Positions 1 through 13,315 of a stretch of 64,000 nucleotides of DNA are shown here, in pieces. A program made the position numbers and the translations under genes. Under the pieces are notes generated by a model. That model worked only from the letters and a program-made list of their open reading frames with translations, searched no databases and was not told the DNA's origin. Where the stretch lies: the NCBI RefSeq assembly GCF_963921235.1, contig NC_086118.1, positions 13,642,001 through 13,706,000 on the forward strand, written 5' to 3'. The stretch's first letter is position 1, and every line of letters begins with the position of its first letter. The stretch is from Mobula hypostoma. Lineage: Eukaryota.

Positions 1-842
1 CCAGATCGGGTGGTGGATCCATTCTGGGGAGGGCATGATTGATGTTGACACCACATTGCAAGAACATCTTATTGAGCTGACATAACAGCTCAGGTAAAAT
101 TTAAGTGTGGCAATCAATATTTCTGAATAACTAGTGCTGTTCAAAATGAGATTCCACAAATCTGGGAGAAAGCAAAGTTGTTTTTAATTGGACGTTCCAC
201 TTCTTATCTAGCTGAATGTGGTTTCAGTCAAGCTCTTTATCTACTATCAAAAGCTCATAACCATTTTAATGTGAAAAGGGGTGATCTTTAAACAAGTTGC
301 ATCCAGATATTCAATAACTCATTAGTTTGCATCAGTTGCAAGGGTCTCACTAAATACTCAAAGTAACAATATTAAGTGCTTTTTCATTGCTGGTTGGAAG
401 AATATTATACACAGCATATTATAAATAAAGTATCCTATTCAGAGCTTTAAAATTCTTCTATTTTTCATATACACCTGTAAAATTTTCTGTAATATTTCAT
501 AATACCTATAACCTCAATATAATCAATATAATATTAATTATATTTTGATTCAATTATGAGAACACTCAGTCCTCTTTTATTGTCATTTAGAAATGCATAC
601 ATGCATTAAGAAATGATTACAATGTTTCTCCGGAGTGATATCACAGAAAACAGGACAAACCAAAGACTAACAGTTATATTAGAATATAACTATATGTTAG
701 TTAAAGACTATATATTAGTATAATTAGTACAGTTGACCAAAAAAACACTTTAGTAGCTAATGGAGACTATGGAGGGTGAGGGCCACAGAAGTAAATGAAG
801 GTTACAAGTGAACCATGAGCAGAAAAAGGTTGAGAACCACTG
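1..842 (+). mobile_element. Decayed hAT (Buster/Charlie-like) transposon, 3' part
   Basis: ~55-353 translates, with stops, to LQEHLIEL...PQIWEKAKLFLIGRSTSYLAECGFS...LHPDIQ..LHQLQGSH*, resembling the hAT dimerisation domain. Right TIR GGTTGAGAACCACTG (rc CAGTGGTTCTCAACC) ends at 842. Confidence 0.75.
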
Positions 843-959
843 CTTCAGAAGATTGCAAATCATTAGTTTGTTAAGATGCTCCAAATTTAAGTGACTTAAA
901 GGGAAGTTACAGACTGTGTATTGCAGTGAGAGTAGGTCAGAAGTATATTTAGAAGTTTT

Positions 960-1200
960 GTAAGCTGCCTGCAACACATCACCTTGATTCACCATTCCCA
1001 TCTTACTTGATCGCTGGACCTGATCACACTCTGCGGATTGTAGATCTCTTGGTTCATCCAGTGCTTCTGGTTGGGGAAGACTCTGAATGTGGTGATACAC
1101 TTATTCATGACTGACTTTATAAAGTCCGTGACAACAATGGTGTATTTGTTCATATCCTCTGACATGCCCTTGAATATGGCATAATCCATTAACGCAAGCA
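960..1200 (-). mobile_element. Rex1/Babar LINE internal fragment
   Basis: C-terminal part of ORF 989-1420 reads VVTDFIKSVMNKCI..FRVFPNQKHWMNQEI, the typical FPNQKPW motif region. Confidence 0.6.
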
Positions 1201-2483
1201 GTCCTGTGGCTATTTCTCTGCCACCCATGACCAGTTCTTCACTGCCCTTACTTTTGGAGCTTTGTTCCAAAGGGAGAAGCTTATTCTTGATGCATTTATA
1301 AATGGAGTCCAAGCCAACAGAGTCTAATTTCATGTATGAAAATGAAAATGAGCCTTGTGGTGAGGGTCTATAAATCAGACCACGGTGGATACTGGGAGGA
1401 GGGAATGCCCTGCCCAACATTCAGATGCCAACATTAAGCATTTATAATCATACTCAGCTGGAGATCGGGATCAAATTATCCCTGTTGGCTTCCTCCTGGA
1501 TCCTAACTATCAAAGGAAGCCAATTTTTTTTTGAATTTAATTGGTTTGTGTGATTTCGGGAAATGGCTGAGAGCACCAAATGTAACATATGCTGTGCAAC
1601 TCAACCACATTTCAGTTGTGACCCTGAAGAAGTAACTCCAGAGTAAGCTTTACCTGCAGCAAACAGTTTATTGTAGGGGTACAGTATACATACACAGGGT
1701 ATAAATAGCATGAAAATTAGTTTTTTTTTATCATAGTCGCACAGTATATTACAAAGTGACATAATTAACAAACTGGTTCAATACATTTACTGTTCTAGGA
1801 TCTACCTGACACCATGGAAAATTGCCCAGACATGTTCTGTGCACAAAAGGCAGGTTAAATTCAAACCAGCAAACAAATTAGCACTCAGTCATCATCAAAA
1901 TGACAGAAGCTGCTGTCAGCAATGTTATGAAGTACAGTTTACTCTTCAATAATCTGCTTGCCAGAGCCTGGCTCATGTTTTCCCAGAACCACTAAGACCT
2001 AGATCATAGCACAGATGGACTAAAGAGGTAAAGAGAATGACTGCCCTAAAAATCAAGGTTGGGCATGTTAATTGGTCATTGCAAATTGTCCAGTGATTAT
2101 TATTCATTTATTTATTTATTCATTTACAGGATGTGGGCATCGCCAACTAAGCCAGAATTTATTGCCCATCCCTAGTTGCCCTTGAGAAGGTGGCAATGAA
2201 CTGCCTTCTTGAACTGCTGCAGCCCCCGAGGTGTAGGCTAGCCGAGGGTTAAATCAGGGTGGGTGGGGGGTCGCTGGGCAGCACGACTCGAAGGCTGGAA
2301 GGGCCTATTCTGCACTGAATCCCAATAAATAAATAAGCAGATAGTAAAGAACAAGGGAACTTCAAAGACAGAAGTTAATGAGCAGCAAGGGTTTGGAATC
2401 ATATCTCCTAAAATAAAAATATGGTTGCAGTTACTGGAGACTATAATTCCAGTGACAAAATTTGCACAAAATACTGTTACGTG

Positions 2484-2634
2484 AGGAATTCTGCAGATGC
2501 TGGAAATTCAAGCAACACACATCAAAGTTGCTGGTGAATGCAGCAGGCCAGGCAGCATCTCTAGGAAGATGTACAGTCGACGTTTCGGGCTGAGACCCTT
2601 CGTCAGGACTAACTGAAAGAAGAGCTAGTAAGAG
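2484..2634 (-). mobile_element. Penelope-like element terminal-repeat (pLTR) fragment
   Basis: Near-identical by eye to 52295-52410 and 55780-55848. Confidence 0.85.
2574..2615 (-). ncRNA. Minimal type-I hammerhead ribozyme motif
   Basis: Minus strand reads CAGUUAGUC-CUGACGA-A-GGGU(CUCA)GCCC-GAAAC-GUC/GACUG: conserved core, 4-bp stem II, stem I UAGUC/GACUG, palindromic ACGU stem III. Confidence 0.8.
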
Positions 2635-3699
2635 ATGGCCTCCGGGCCATCCATCTTCAACTGCTTCAAGCACCTTCCATCAAATGGTCCAGAACTGGAA
2701 TATTTGCACAATGTTCAGTCTCATTTGCTGCACCTCACAAAATGACCAAGACAAGGTTCAGTCATGGGCTGATAAATGGCAAGTAACATTCACACTGCAC
2801 AGAAGACGGGTAGTGATAATCTTCATCAAAAAATCTCCAACAAAAGTAATGATCATTTCAAACAAAAAAACATCTTAGAATTGATGAAAACTCCATTAAG
2901 TATCAAGGCAAGTCCCCATGAAGTACTGAGTCTCCTAGGTGATGCCATTGATCAGAACGTAACTGGACCAGCCATATAAATACTAATTACATGAGCTGGG
3001 TATCCTGTGGTAAATAAATTAGTTTCACAGATTTTGCATTACCAGTTCTTCACTATTAGTGTGTCTAAATCCTAAAACACCTTTACCAATAATGCTGGAA
3101 AGGTCCCTTCACCAGATGGACAGCTGTGGGTCAAGAGGGAACCTCTCATGGGTATTTTAGTATGAATAGTCATTTTCAGGCTTGCCAGTAGCACACATAT
3201 CATGAATAGATAATAATTTTAAAACTCACCATGTTAATCGACATTCAGAGCAAAAACTAATATGTTAATCAGTAAAACTGTTATTTCCCCTTGTGATAAT
3301 CTTCAGTGAACTTAATTCTGCAGAAATGTGTATATAAAGTTGAAGGTATTTAGTTCTCTATTTTGCCTTCACTTTCTCTTTTATTCATTCCTCTCATTAA
3401 CCACCTCCAAATGCCACCCCCTTGTCCCCAGCACTGAAACACCAAACCCCAAATCCAAAATGTATCCCTGATTATTACTTGTTAATGTTTGGAGCAACTG
3501 ATCTGGAGGGCATGCAAAACAAAGTTTTCTGCTGTATCACGATACGTGTGATAGTAATAAATCGATTACCAATTCCCTTTCTGCCATGAAGAATATGGTG
3601 GGTTTGATCCCTTCATAACATATTGCACCAGAATGTTTCCTTGAGATGTCTCAGACAAGGATTTTAATGTTATCGCAGACTTAAATGGCGTACTTTGGC

Positions 3700-4205
3700 A
3701 TAATGACATACCTCTACCAGGCTGCTGTTGCCAGTACCATCTTTTATGTGGCGGTGAATTGGGCAATGGCATCAACACAGGAGATGCCAACAGGTTCAAT
3801 AAACTGATTAGAAAGGCTGGCTGTTATAGGAGTCAAACCGGACACACTGGAGGCTGTGGTAGAACAAAAGACCCCAGGGAAAAGCCTGACAATTTTGGAC
3901 AATGTTTCTCACCCTCTGCATACCACCTTGGCTGAACAGAGGAGCACTTTTAGTAACAGATTAAGACAACTGCACTGCTCCAAAGAGCGCTATATGAGGT
4001 CATTCTTACCCTCGGCCATTACCCTCTATAATGAGTCAACCTATAACTGGGGAAGTAATGACCCCTTCTGGTAGACTGTTTGAGGTAACATTTTTTATTC
4101 TTTATTACTTTTCTTCTAATATTTGTATATTTGTATATCTGTGCACTGCTAATGTCACTGTGACACTGTAATTTCCTTTGGGATCAATGAAGTATCTATC
4201 TTTCT
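3700..4205 (+). mobile_element. Rex1/Babar LINE 3' end
   Basis: ORF 3856-4074 ILDNVSHPLH...RLRQLHCSKERYMRSFLPSAITLYN; tail GGGATCAATGAAGTATCTATCT. Confidence 0.75.
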
Positions 4206-4789
4206 ATAAGGATCCTTCTTGATTTGCACTTTACCACTGCCAGACATAACAAAAGGTTTAATTTTTGAAATGTCAAAGAGAAATAAATACAAAATCAGAA
4301 CAGCAGAATTGGAGGCAAAATAAATGGGCTTTCTCCATGGTAATGTGATTCAACTACGTGCTGATTGTTTTTGTTTAACAGAAGAGGCTCAAGATTAGTT
4401 TTCACTTGAAGGAGAAATTCATTTAGTGTAAGTAACTGAAAATGAAATCAATAGAGCACCACAGGATCTTGATAAAGGTGAAACCCTATGCCTAGCTTAC
4501 TAAGCAATCTGTTTAATCAGCAGACATAAAATGTCCTCCTGTCCTACTTGCAAAGAACAACTTGCAGAATAATAATGGGCATTGGTGATAAAACAAATGA
4601 TTACTGGTCTAAGTCTGTTCCAGGGTGATGAATTTTTTTTTGTATAAGCTAATTGAATACAGTCTGAATCATCTGATTAGTTCCGTCCCACTCACATTGC
4701 TGGAGAGGGAAACACAGTCAGGTCAATGACTCCTTCATCAGGTCTGGTGTGGAGAGATCTCAAACTTGCTAGAAGCCTCGGAGTGAGGG

Positions 4790-5400
4790 AGAGGTGAAAG
4801 AAACACTCTTCATGGGGCAATGTTTATCAAATTTGGAAACCAACCACAGCCTCAGCCCAGATCACCAGTGGGCTTGTGCACCATGGCAGCTGACTGGCAA
4901 ACGGAAGTCAGCCTGGCAAGCAATGAAGGTTCCCTGACTTAGTCACATCATCATCCCTTAAGGCCTGACATGGACATTTTGTCAGAAAATTAAAAGCAGG
5001 TGATGATAGGACTGGCAATTCCTTGTGAAGGCTGGATTGAGGAGGCGTTTGAATATAAAAAAGCCAATGAACAGGAGCTGGTAGAGCTGTGCCAGAGGCA
5101 GGGTTGGAAGGCATGACATGAGCCTGTCGAGGTGGGTCGTAGATGTTTTGCTGGGTGCTTGCTGTGCAAAACCTGTTCTCTCCTTGGCATTACGGAAACT
5201 GCAAAGAGCCACCAGGATTATCACAGAGGCTGCTGAGTGAGCCTCATGATGGCTATGGATCAAGAGCTGTGACCCATGGACCAATGCTGAGAGACAGACC
5301 CGGGACTGATCAACCATGGCCGGGTCACCTGGGTGAGAGTGCCTGAAACAGCCAATGACCCCAGGATACGTCACTGATGATATGTCCCAATGCATCCCAG
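4790..5400 (+). mobile_element. Hero-like (R2 group) LINE 3' end with restriction-like endonuclease remnant
   Basis: Manual translation across frameshifts: FIKFG..GLCTMAADWQ..RFPDLVTSSSLRPDMDILSE..IEEAFEYKK..GWKA.HEPVEVG.RCFAG..ITEAAE.AS.WLWIK. Confidence 0.7.
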
Positions 5401-5539
5401 GTTGTATCTCAGCATTCAAGTTACGTAATGCTTTCAGAGTCAACGAGTTAATAGATTAATGAGGGCAGTGAGAGAGACAATAAATGTTAAAAAAAAAAGC
5501 ACTCTGAAACTGTGAGAGGTAGAATACTGTCTGTGCAGG

Positions 5540-5880
5540 CATTCTAAAACAAAGAGAATACTAGAATTATTCAACAGATCAGGCAGCATCTATGGAGAGA
5601 GAAAAACTATTAGTGTAGCAGGTGGATGACCCTTCATTGAAACAAGTAAAATATGAAGACTACAATATTGGTGAATTAGTCTGTAGTACAAACAATTTCT
5701 TCTGTCAACTCAAGAAAATAGCAGAAGAGTCTTAATTGAACAAATGATTGTGACATAACACTATAAATGTTTGTTTAAGCCACAGCTAGAGTTCTGATGA
5801 AGGGTTTCAGCCCAAAACATTCCCCTCAGTAGACGCTGCCTAACCTGCTGAGATACTCCAACAGTTTGTGTGTGTTACTT
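5540..5880. mobile_element. Old inverted pair of PLE pLTR fragments with degenerate HHR
   Basis: Minus copy ~5540-5645. Plus copy ~5790-5880 contains CTGATGAAGGGTTTCAGCCCAAAAC and GCTGCCTAACCTGCTGAG. Confidence 0.6.
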
Positions 5881-5884
5881 TAGC

Positions 5885-6240
5885 TCTAGTCACCACACTA
5901 CAGATGTGACTGTACTAGAGAGGATGCAGAGGAGATTGACCAGGGCATTGCCGGGGAAGAACTGTTTCAGTTACGAGGAGAGAGAGCAGAGATGCCAGGT
6001 TGTTTTCCTTGTGGCAGAGGCACCTGGATAAGAAACTGATAAGTGCATTGATTGGGTGACGCTAGGAAACCTTTCACCACAACCAAGAACCAGATTGCAC
6101 AGGTTTAGGGTGAGAAGGAAGACATTTAGACGGAATCTGAGAGGGAATTTTGAAGATGGTTAGAATCTGAAACACATTGCCTGAGTGGTTGGGGGAGACA
6201 GAAACTCTTAAGCCATTTAAAATCTAGACTTAATCTCCAA
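5885..6240 (+). mobile_element. CR1 LINE 3' fragment
   Basis: LERMQRR-type RT C-terminus similar to 11352-11891. Confidence 0.6.
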
Positions 6241-6839
6241 GTCGAATTTATTTAGACACTAATGGGGTTTTCCGGCCCAGAGAGGCCATGTAGCCCAATT
6301 ACATCCATGTGCTCAGTTAACCTACTAACCCATAGATCTTTGGAATGTGGGAGGAAACTGGGGAGGACGTATATATTCTTTACAGACACCGGTGGAATTG
6401 AACCCGGGCCTCAATTACACTAACCGCGATGCTACTGTGCTGTCCCAAAAGGAGTGAGTCTGGAGAGGTGATGGATGATTGGTGTGGGCCTCTCCCAGTG
6501 CTCTGTGTGCATGAGAGGCAGTACGATTGCAGGGAGACAACAGAAAATTCCGCATGTGGTGAAGAATCTAATCCACTGAAGCGGAGTTACAAGTTAACAG
6601 CCAGTTCAATCAAGATAAGTCACATTGTGCGGGTCAAAATAATTACAATGCCAGACTCCCAAATATCTATAATGATGCTAAATATGGAGTCATAACAAAA
6701 CACAGAGAAACAAGCCATTCAGCCCACATACATAATCTGCATCAATCATCAGACATCCATTTACAGTAATGCTACATTAGTCTCACATTTTAATGTTCTC
6801 CACATTCCTATTATCTTGTCTCTGATTCTGCCACTCACG

Positions 6840-7050
6840 TACACTCTATGGGCAATCTATAGTGGCCAATTAATCAACCAAACAGCCTAACTTTGTGGTG
6901 TGGGAAAGAAGCACAGCATCTGGAAGAAACCCACGCAGTCACAGGGAGAACGTGCAAACTCCATACAGACAGCAAAGGAGGTCAGGACTGAAGTCTGTCT
7001 CTGGTGCCGTGAGGAAATGGTTCTACAAGCTGAGTCACTGTGCTGCCCTG
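6840..7050 (-). mobile_element. V-SINE (HE1-like); further copies at ~6280-6450(-), ~17760-17990(+), ~63240-63445(-)
   Basis: rc contains the V-domain-like GCTGTCTGTATGGAGTTTGCACGTTCTCCCTGTGACTGCGTGGGTTTC. Confidence 0.7.
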
Positions 7051-7149
7051 AACATTTCCAGTGCTTTCTGTTTTAATTTGGGTTTGCAATATACTTGTTT
7101 TGCATCAAACTCGATATGTGTTTGAGCCTTTCAGCTAATAATAACAAAA

Positions 7150-8700
7150 ATTCATCCTTAAAGATTTTACCATCCTCTCCGACCTTCCCTTCTCTGAGGC
7201 AGAATGCTCTGTCCTCAGGAAGGGCTTCACCTTTGTCCCCCTGTGCCCACACCTCAGTGAGTTCCATACCTGGCACAGTGTTGAGCTCTTCTTCTGCCGC
7301 CACCGTCTCTGAGCCTATTTCTTTGGCAAGGACTCCCCATTCGCACCAATGACCCCTTCTCCCATCTTCAACCCTCCTCCTCTTCCTGGATGCCCCATCC
7401 TGGTCTTCTGCCTGTCCTGGACCTTTTCACTGCCAACTGCCGATGGGACATTAACTATGTAAACTTTAACACTCCTCTCTCCTATTCCAACCTCACTCCT
7501 TCTGAAAGCTCTGCTCTCAGCCCCATCCCTAACCTCATTGTCAAACCCACAGATAAGTGGGGTGCTGTAGAAGTCTGGTGTACCGATCTCTACCTCACTG
7601 AGGCCGAGCGGCAAATCTTGGAAAACTCTTCTTACTTACCCCTGGAACAGGATCCCACTAAGGAACACCAGGCCATTGCCTCTCACCATCACCAACCTTA
7701 TTGACTCTGAGGATCTCCCATCCACCGCCACCAACCTCATAGTTCCTTCACCCTGTACCTCCCGTTTCTACCTCCTGCCCAAGATCCACAAACCCGTTTG
7801 TCCAGGTAGAACCATTGTTTCAGCTTGTTCATGCCCCACTGAGCTCATATTGGCTCACCTCTACTCTGTTTTTTCCCCCCTAGTTCAGTCCCTTCCTACC
7901 TACATCTTGATCTATTCAAGGGTTTCAAGTTCTCTGGCCCCTGTCATCTCATTTTAACTATGGATGTCCAGTCACTATCCACCTCCATCCCCCACCAGGA
8001 AGCCCTCAAAGCTTTCTGTTTTTTTCTGGACACCAGACCTAACCAGTTCCCCTTCCAACATCACTCTCCTCTGCCTAGCGGAACTTGTTCTCACTCTTGA
8101 TAATTTGTCATTTGGCTCCTTCCACTTCCTTCAAATAAAAGGGGTAGCCATGGGCACCAGCTATGCCTTTCTGTTTTTCAGTTATGCGGAACAGTCTATG
8201 TTCCAAGCCTACATTGGTGACTGACCCGCACTTTCCGCACACTACATCAAAAACTGCATTGATGCTGTTTCCTGCTTGTTGACTTCATCCACTATGCCTC
8301 CAATTTCCAACCTGCTCTCAAATTTACCTGGTTCATTTCCAATACCTTCCTTCCCTTTCTCGACCTTACTGTCTCTGTCTCTGGAGAGAGCTTATCCATC
8401 AATGTCTATTACAAACCCATGGACTCTCACAGCTTCCTAGACTACAATTTGTCCCACCCTGCTACTTGTAAAAACACCATCCCCTTTTCTCAATTCCTTC
8501 GTCTCTGCTGCATCTGCTCTCAGGATGAGGCTTTTCATTCTAGAGCAAAGGAGATGGCTTTGTTTTTCAAAGAAAGAGGTTCCCTTCCTCCACCATCAAC
8601 GCTGCCCTCAATCGCATCTCTTCCATTTCACACACATCTGCTGTTACCCCATCCTCCCGCCACCCTACCAGGGATAGGGTTCCGGTCCATCCAGCATGTC
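7150..8700 (+). pseudogene. Decayed Penelope-like element RT region
   Basis: Frameshifted ORFs 7390-8715 align to the 52688-55813 protein (IVKPTDKWGAV, FYLLPKIHK, QIKGVAMG, IPFSQFLRL). Confidence 0.9.
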
Positions 8701-9889
8701 CAGCTGTGGCCTTAATAATGTGCATGAGGGAATACTGGCATTAGTGCCAAATAAATAATGGAATAATGGAATAAGAGCAGGAGTTGTCCATTGAGCCCTT
8801 AAACCTGTATCACCATTCAACACAATCATAACAGTGACATGAATTTTTTTTATGTAGTACATTGTTGGAATCTTCAAAGATGAATTGGCTAAATATATAA
8901 TGGAGAAATAAATAAGACAGTGACATAGACAGAGCTAGTATGTGGAACTAGAGAATTACTCTGACAGTAATTCTATTGTGACCTAGCACAGACACAATAA
9001 AACATACAACAGTACAAAACAGGCCCAAGATGTTATGCCAAACCATCTAAACCAATTACAATGGACTGAATGACCGCTTTTCGTGCTCCAACCACTCCAT
9101 GATCCACTTCAGTACACTGTTCCTGCCTTCACCCGATTTCCTTGGATCCCTTTCACATTCCACTTCTGAAATGTAGTTAGCCTCCACTTCCTTCTGTGGC
9201 AAGAAATTCCACAGGTTCACTCCCTCGAGGAGTAAGTCTGTAGGTAAATGCTGGATAAAGCATTCTTGTTAGCTGTAACACTCTGTGGGCTCTCCTTTGA
9301 GTTCTGGGGACAGGTTTTCCAACGTTTGTAGAGTGTTCCTTTAATTGAAATAACAAAGTAGTTCAATACTTTCTTAGTTGTACTGAGACTAATCCACAGA
9401 GGTCATAATTTGCTCCAGTAAAGTCCAATCTAAATAAGAGGAGGAGGAATCTCTTTAGCCAGAGGCTGGTGAATCTGTGGAATTAATTGCCACAGATGAC
9501 TGTGGAGGCCAAGCTACTGGGTATAATTAGTGAAGGTTGACAGGTCTTGATACTTGGTCAAGGCCGGAGAAGCCAGGAGAATGGGGCTGAGAGGGATAAC
9601 AAATCAAACATGACGGAATGGCAGAGCAGACTTGATGGTCCGAATGTCCTAATTCTGCTCCTGTGTCTTATGGTTTTATGGTCTAAGTCAGTGGGAAAGG
9701 GAATGGCCATTGCGTGAACAGTGACATCATCAGGTTACCACGCTCATCTGAACAGACTGCGGAGATCCAATGGACAGAATCTCATTCAGAATTAGTTTAT
9801 GTTGTATTCATCATTAAAAAAAAGGATGCCAATTGATTAACTTTCTTAGATGACAAGAGTTTTTCTTTGTAGTTTAGCTTTCTTCCACT

Positions 9890-10440
9890 GAGGTCAGCTC
9901 ATCACTCTTCTCACTTCCGATATGGAAGTCTGTGGGTTTAAGACTCACTCCAGAGAGCTGTCCTCAATGTCCAGGCTAACAAGTCTAAGGGAGTTCTGTG
10001 ATGATATCAACATTACAAATAAAACCATAAAACAAAAAAAGCTCTGAATTCTGAAATTTAAAAAATACAGACTGTTCTGTGAATACTGAGCAATCAAGCA
10101 TGGAGAGAGTGTTGACATTTCAAGCTCATCAGAACTGCTTTGAGAAAAGGTTAATTCCACCAGTGTTCCTCACTTGCAGTGTTATTCTAACATTTCCAAT
10201 TTTATGTTAAACAAGGTCGCCTCAGGTCACTCACATCAACCTTAAAGGTCCCATGTCGTGACACTTCAAAGAATGCTACTCCCCACTCCTGCCTTTATAC
10301 TTATTCACTGCTGATCTGAGCACAATTTAGCTGCTGTGTTTCCTGAATTACAAAAGGGATGAATTTTCAAAAAACAAAATTGCACGGTACTGTGGATACT
10401 TGTTTGTGAAAGATGCTCCAATATTTACATGCACGTTCCT
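9890..10440 (+). mobile_element. Deu-SINE-like element interrupted by a PLE pLTR remnant; another probable copy on minus at ~47290-47560/48400-48530
   Basis: Recalled similarity to elasmobranch Deu-domain SINEs (GTGGGTTTAAGACTCACTCCAGAG...GCTGCTGTGTTTCCTGAATTACAA). Highly diverged. Confidence 0.4.
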
Positions 10441-12859
10441 AACCCCTTCACACAATTTACACAACATCTCTGATCAAATAGTTCATCTGCTTTGAAAAAC
10501 AAATAAAAATGCAAATGCTAGAATGCTAGAACAAAAGCAGAAATCTTGAAATATCATGTTCAGTCCTAGTTGTACCTTAAACAAAAGATGTGGAAGCTTT
10601 AGAGAGGGTGCAGGGGAGACTTACCAATATGCTGCCTGTATTGGAGAGAACGATTGAAATTGAAGCGCCAAAGCGAGTGCAGAGAGTTAGTACTGGCTGA
10701 TTACCTTATGAGGACTGGTTGGGCGAGCTAGGGCTACTCACTTTGCAGCAAAGGAGGATAAGGAGTGACTTGATAAAGGTGTATAAGATGGTAAAAAACA
10801 TAGGTCGAGTGGACAGCTAGAGAATTCTTTCCCAGGGCAGAAATAGCTAATATAAGAGGGCATAATTTTTTGAGACTCTTAGATCCGTAAGAAAATACAG
10901 AACATAGACCACTACAGCATAGCACAGGCCCTTCGCCCTATGATGTTGTGTCAATCATTTAAGCTACTTTAAGGTAACTCTAACCTTTCCCTGCTACATA
11001 GCTTCTCCATTTTTCTATCATCCATTTGCCTATCTAAGAGTTTCTTAAATGTCCCTAGTGTATCCGCCTCTGTCAGCGTGTTCCACACACCCAACACTCT
11101 CTGTGTAAAATTTATCCCTGACGTTCTCCCTAAACTTTCCTCCAATTACCTTAAAATTACGTCCCCTTGTATTAGCCATTTCCACCCAGGAAAAAAGTCT
11201 CTGGCTACCCACTCGATCTGTGCTTCATATCATCCTATACACCTCTATCAAGTCACAGAAACATAGAAACATAGAAAATCTACAGCACAATTCAGGCCCT
11301 TCGGCCCACAAAGTTGTGCCCAACATGTCCCTACCTTAGAAATTACCAGGCTTACCCATAGCCCTCTATTTTTCTAAGCTCCATGTACCTATCCAAAAGT
11401 CTCTTAAAAGACCCTATCGTTTCCACCTCCACCACCATTGCCAGCAGCCCACTCCACGCACTCACCACTCTCTGAGTAAAAAACTTACCCCTGACATCTC
11501 CTCTGTACCTACTCCCCAGCACCTTAGACCTGTATCCTCTTGTGGCAACCATTTCAGCCTTGGGAAAAAGCCTCTGACTATCCACATGATCAATGCCTCT
11601 CATCATCTTATACACGTCTATCAGGTCACCTCTCATCCTTCGTCGATCCAAGGAGAAAAGGCGGAGTTCACTCAACCTATTCTTATAAGGCATGCTCCCC
11701 AATCCAGGCAACATCCTTGGAAATCTCCTCTGCACCCTTTCTATGGCTTCCACATCCTTCCTGTAGTGAGGCGACCAGAACTGAGCACAATACTCCAAGT
11801 GGGGTCTGACCAGGGTTTTACACAGCCTCAACTTTACCTCACAGCTCTTGAAATCAATTCCCTGCTTAATGAAGAACAACACACCATACACCTTATTAAC
11901 AACTTTATCAACTTGTGTGGCAACTTTGAGGGATCTATAAATGTGAACCCCAAGTTTGCTCTATTCCTCCACACTGCAAAGAATCCTGCCATTAACCCTG
12001 TAGGCTGCCTTCAAATTTGACCTTCAAATGTGAATCATTTCACACTTTTCCAGGTTGAACTCCATCTGCTACTTCTCAGCTCGGTTCTGCATCTGGTCAA
12101 TGTCCCGCTGTAACCTACAACAACTTTCTACACTATCCACAACTCCACCTACCTTTGTATCACCTATAAACTTACTACCCCACCTTTCCATTTCCTCATC
12201 TAAGTCATTTATAAAAATCACAATGAGCAGGGGTCCCAGAACAGATCCCTGTGGATCTTCATTGGTTATTGACCTCCAGGCAGGGAAATGTTCCATTTAC
12301 TATTGTCTTCTCTTGGCAAAAACATCTAAGTTTCCCTGGTTTCCATGCCTCCATTTCTGAATCAGTTTACCATGGGGAACCTTATCTAATGCCTTACTAA
12401 AATCCATAAACAACACATCCACTGTTCTACCTTCATCAAGTTGATTTCTTTCACCACCTCAGCGAATTCTACCAAACCGCACTGACTATTCCTAATCAGA
12501 TTATGCTTCTCCAAATGCTCAGAAGTCCTGTCTGTAAGATTCTTCACCTGTAATTTTCCCACCACTGAAGTAAGGCTCACTGGTCCATAATTTATGGGAT
12601 TACCCTACTCCCTTTCTTGAACAATGAAATGATCTGATGGAAATAATATTTACCAAACTCCGATCCTTTCGTACTACTGCTGTGGATGCAAAAATCATCA
12701 CCAAGAGAGCAACAATCTCTTCATTCACTTCATGTAGTAACCTGGGGTGTATCCCATCTGGCCTTGGTGATTTATCTATCCTAATGTTTTTCAAAGGTTC
12801 CAGCACAGTATTCCAGTATATAAGTCTGCTTTACACCTTCTTCAGTATTGTTTGCCATC

Positions 12860-13315
12860 CTGGTCACCTTCCTGCAGGAAGGATATCAATATGCCTGAAA
12901 GGGTATGAGAAAATTTACAAAGATGTTTCCAGGACTTGAGGGTTTGAGGTTGAACAGGTTTGGACTTTATTCCCTGCAGCATAAGAGAATGTGGGAAGAT
13001 TTGTTGGAGGTATATAAAATTATGAGGATATATATAGGGTAAATGCAAGCAGGCTTTTCCCACTGAGGCTGGGTGAGATTAGAACCAGAGGTCACGGGTT
13101 AATTGTCAAACGTGAAATGTTTAGACAGACATGAGCAGAAGTCATGGATGCAGGCTCAAATTCAAACTTTAAGAGAAGTTTGGATAAGTACACGGATAAG
13201 AGGGGTATGGAGTGCTCTGGTTCAGGTGCAGTTTGAGATAGAATATCAGATCAGCATGGACTAGATGGGCTGAAGGGCCTCTTTCTGTGCTGCAGTGTTT
13301 TATGATTCGATAACT
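12860..13315 (+). mobile_element. CR1 3' fragment nested in the opposite orientation; similar plus-strand CR1 3' ends at ~9440-9690, 10550-10870, 24000-24385, 28890-29210, 56620-56860
   Basis: RT C-terminus and the 3'UTR motif GATGGGCTGAAGGGCCT...TGTGCTG. Confidence 0.7.

Larger units (their letters stand above)
1790..3200 (+). mobile_element. Old CR1/jockey-group LINE RT fragments, interrupted by younger repeats
   Basis: Degenerate motifs WKIAQTCSVHK (~1815), GPSIFNCF (~2645) and QSWADKWQVTF (~2760). Confidence 0.5.
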
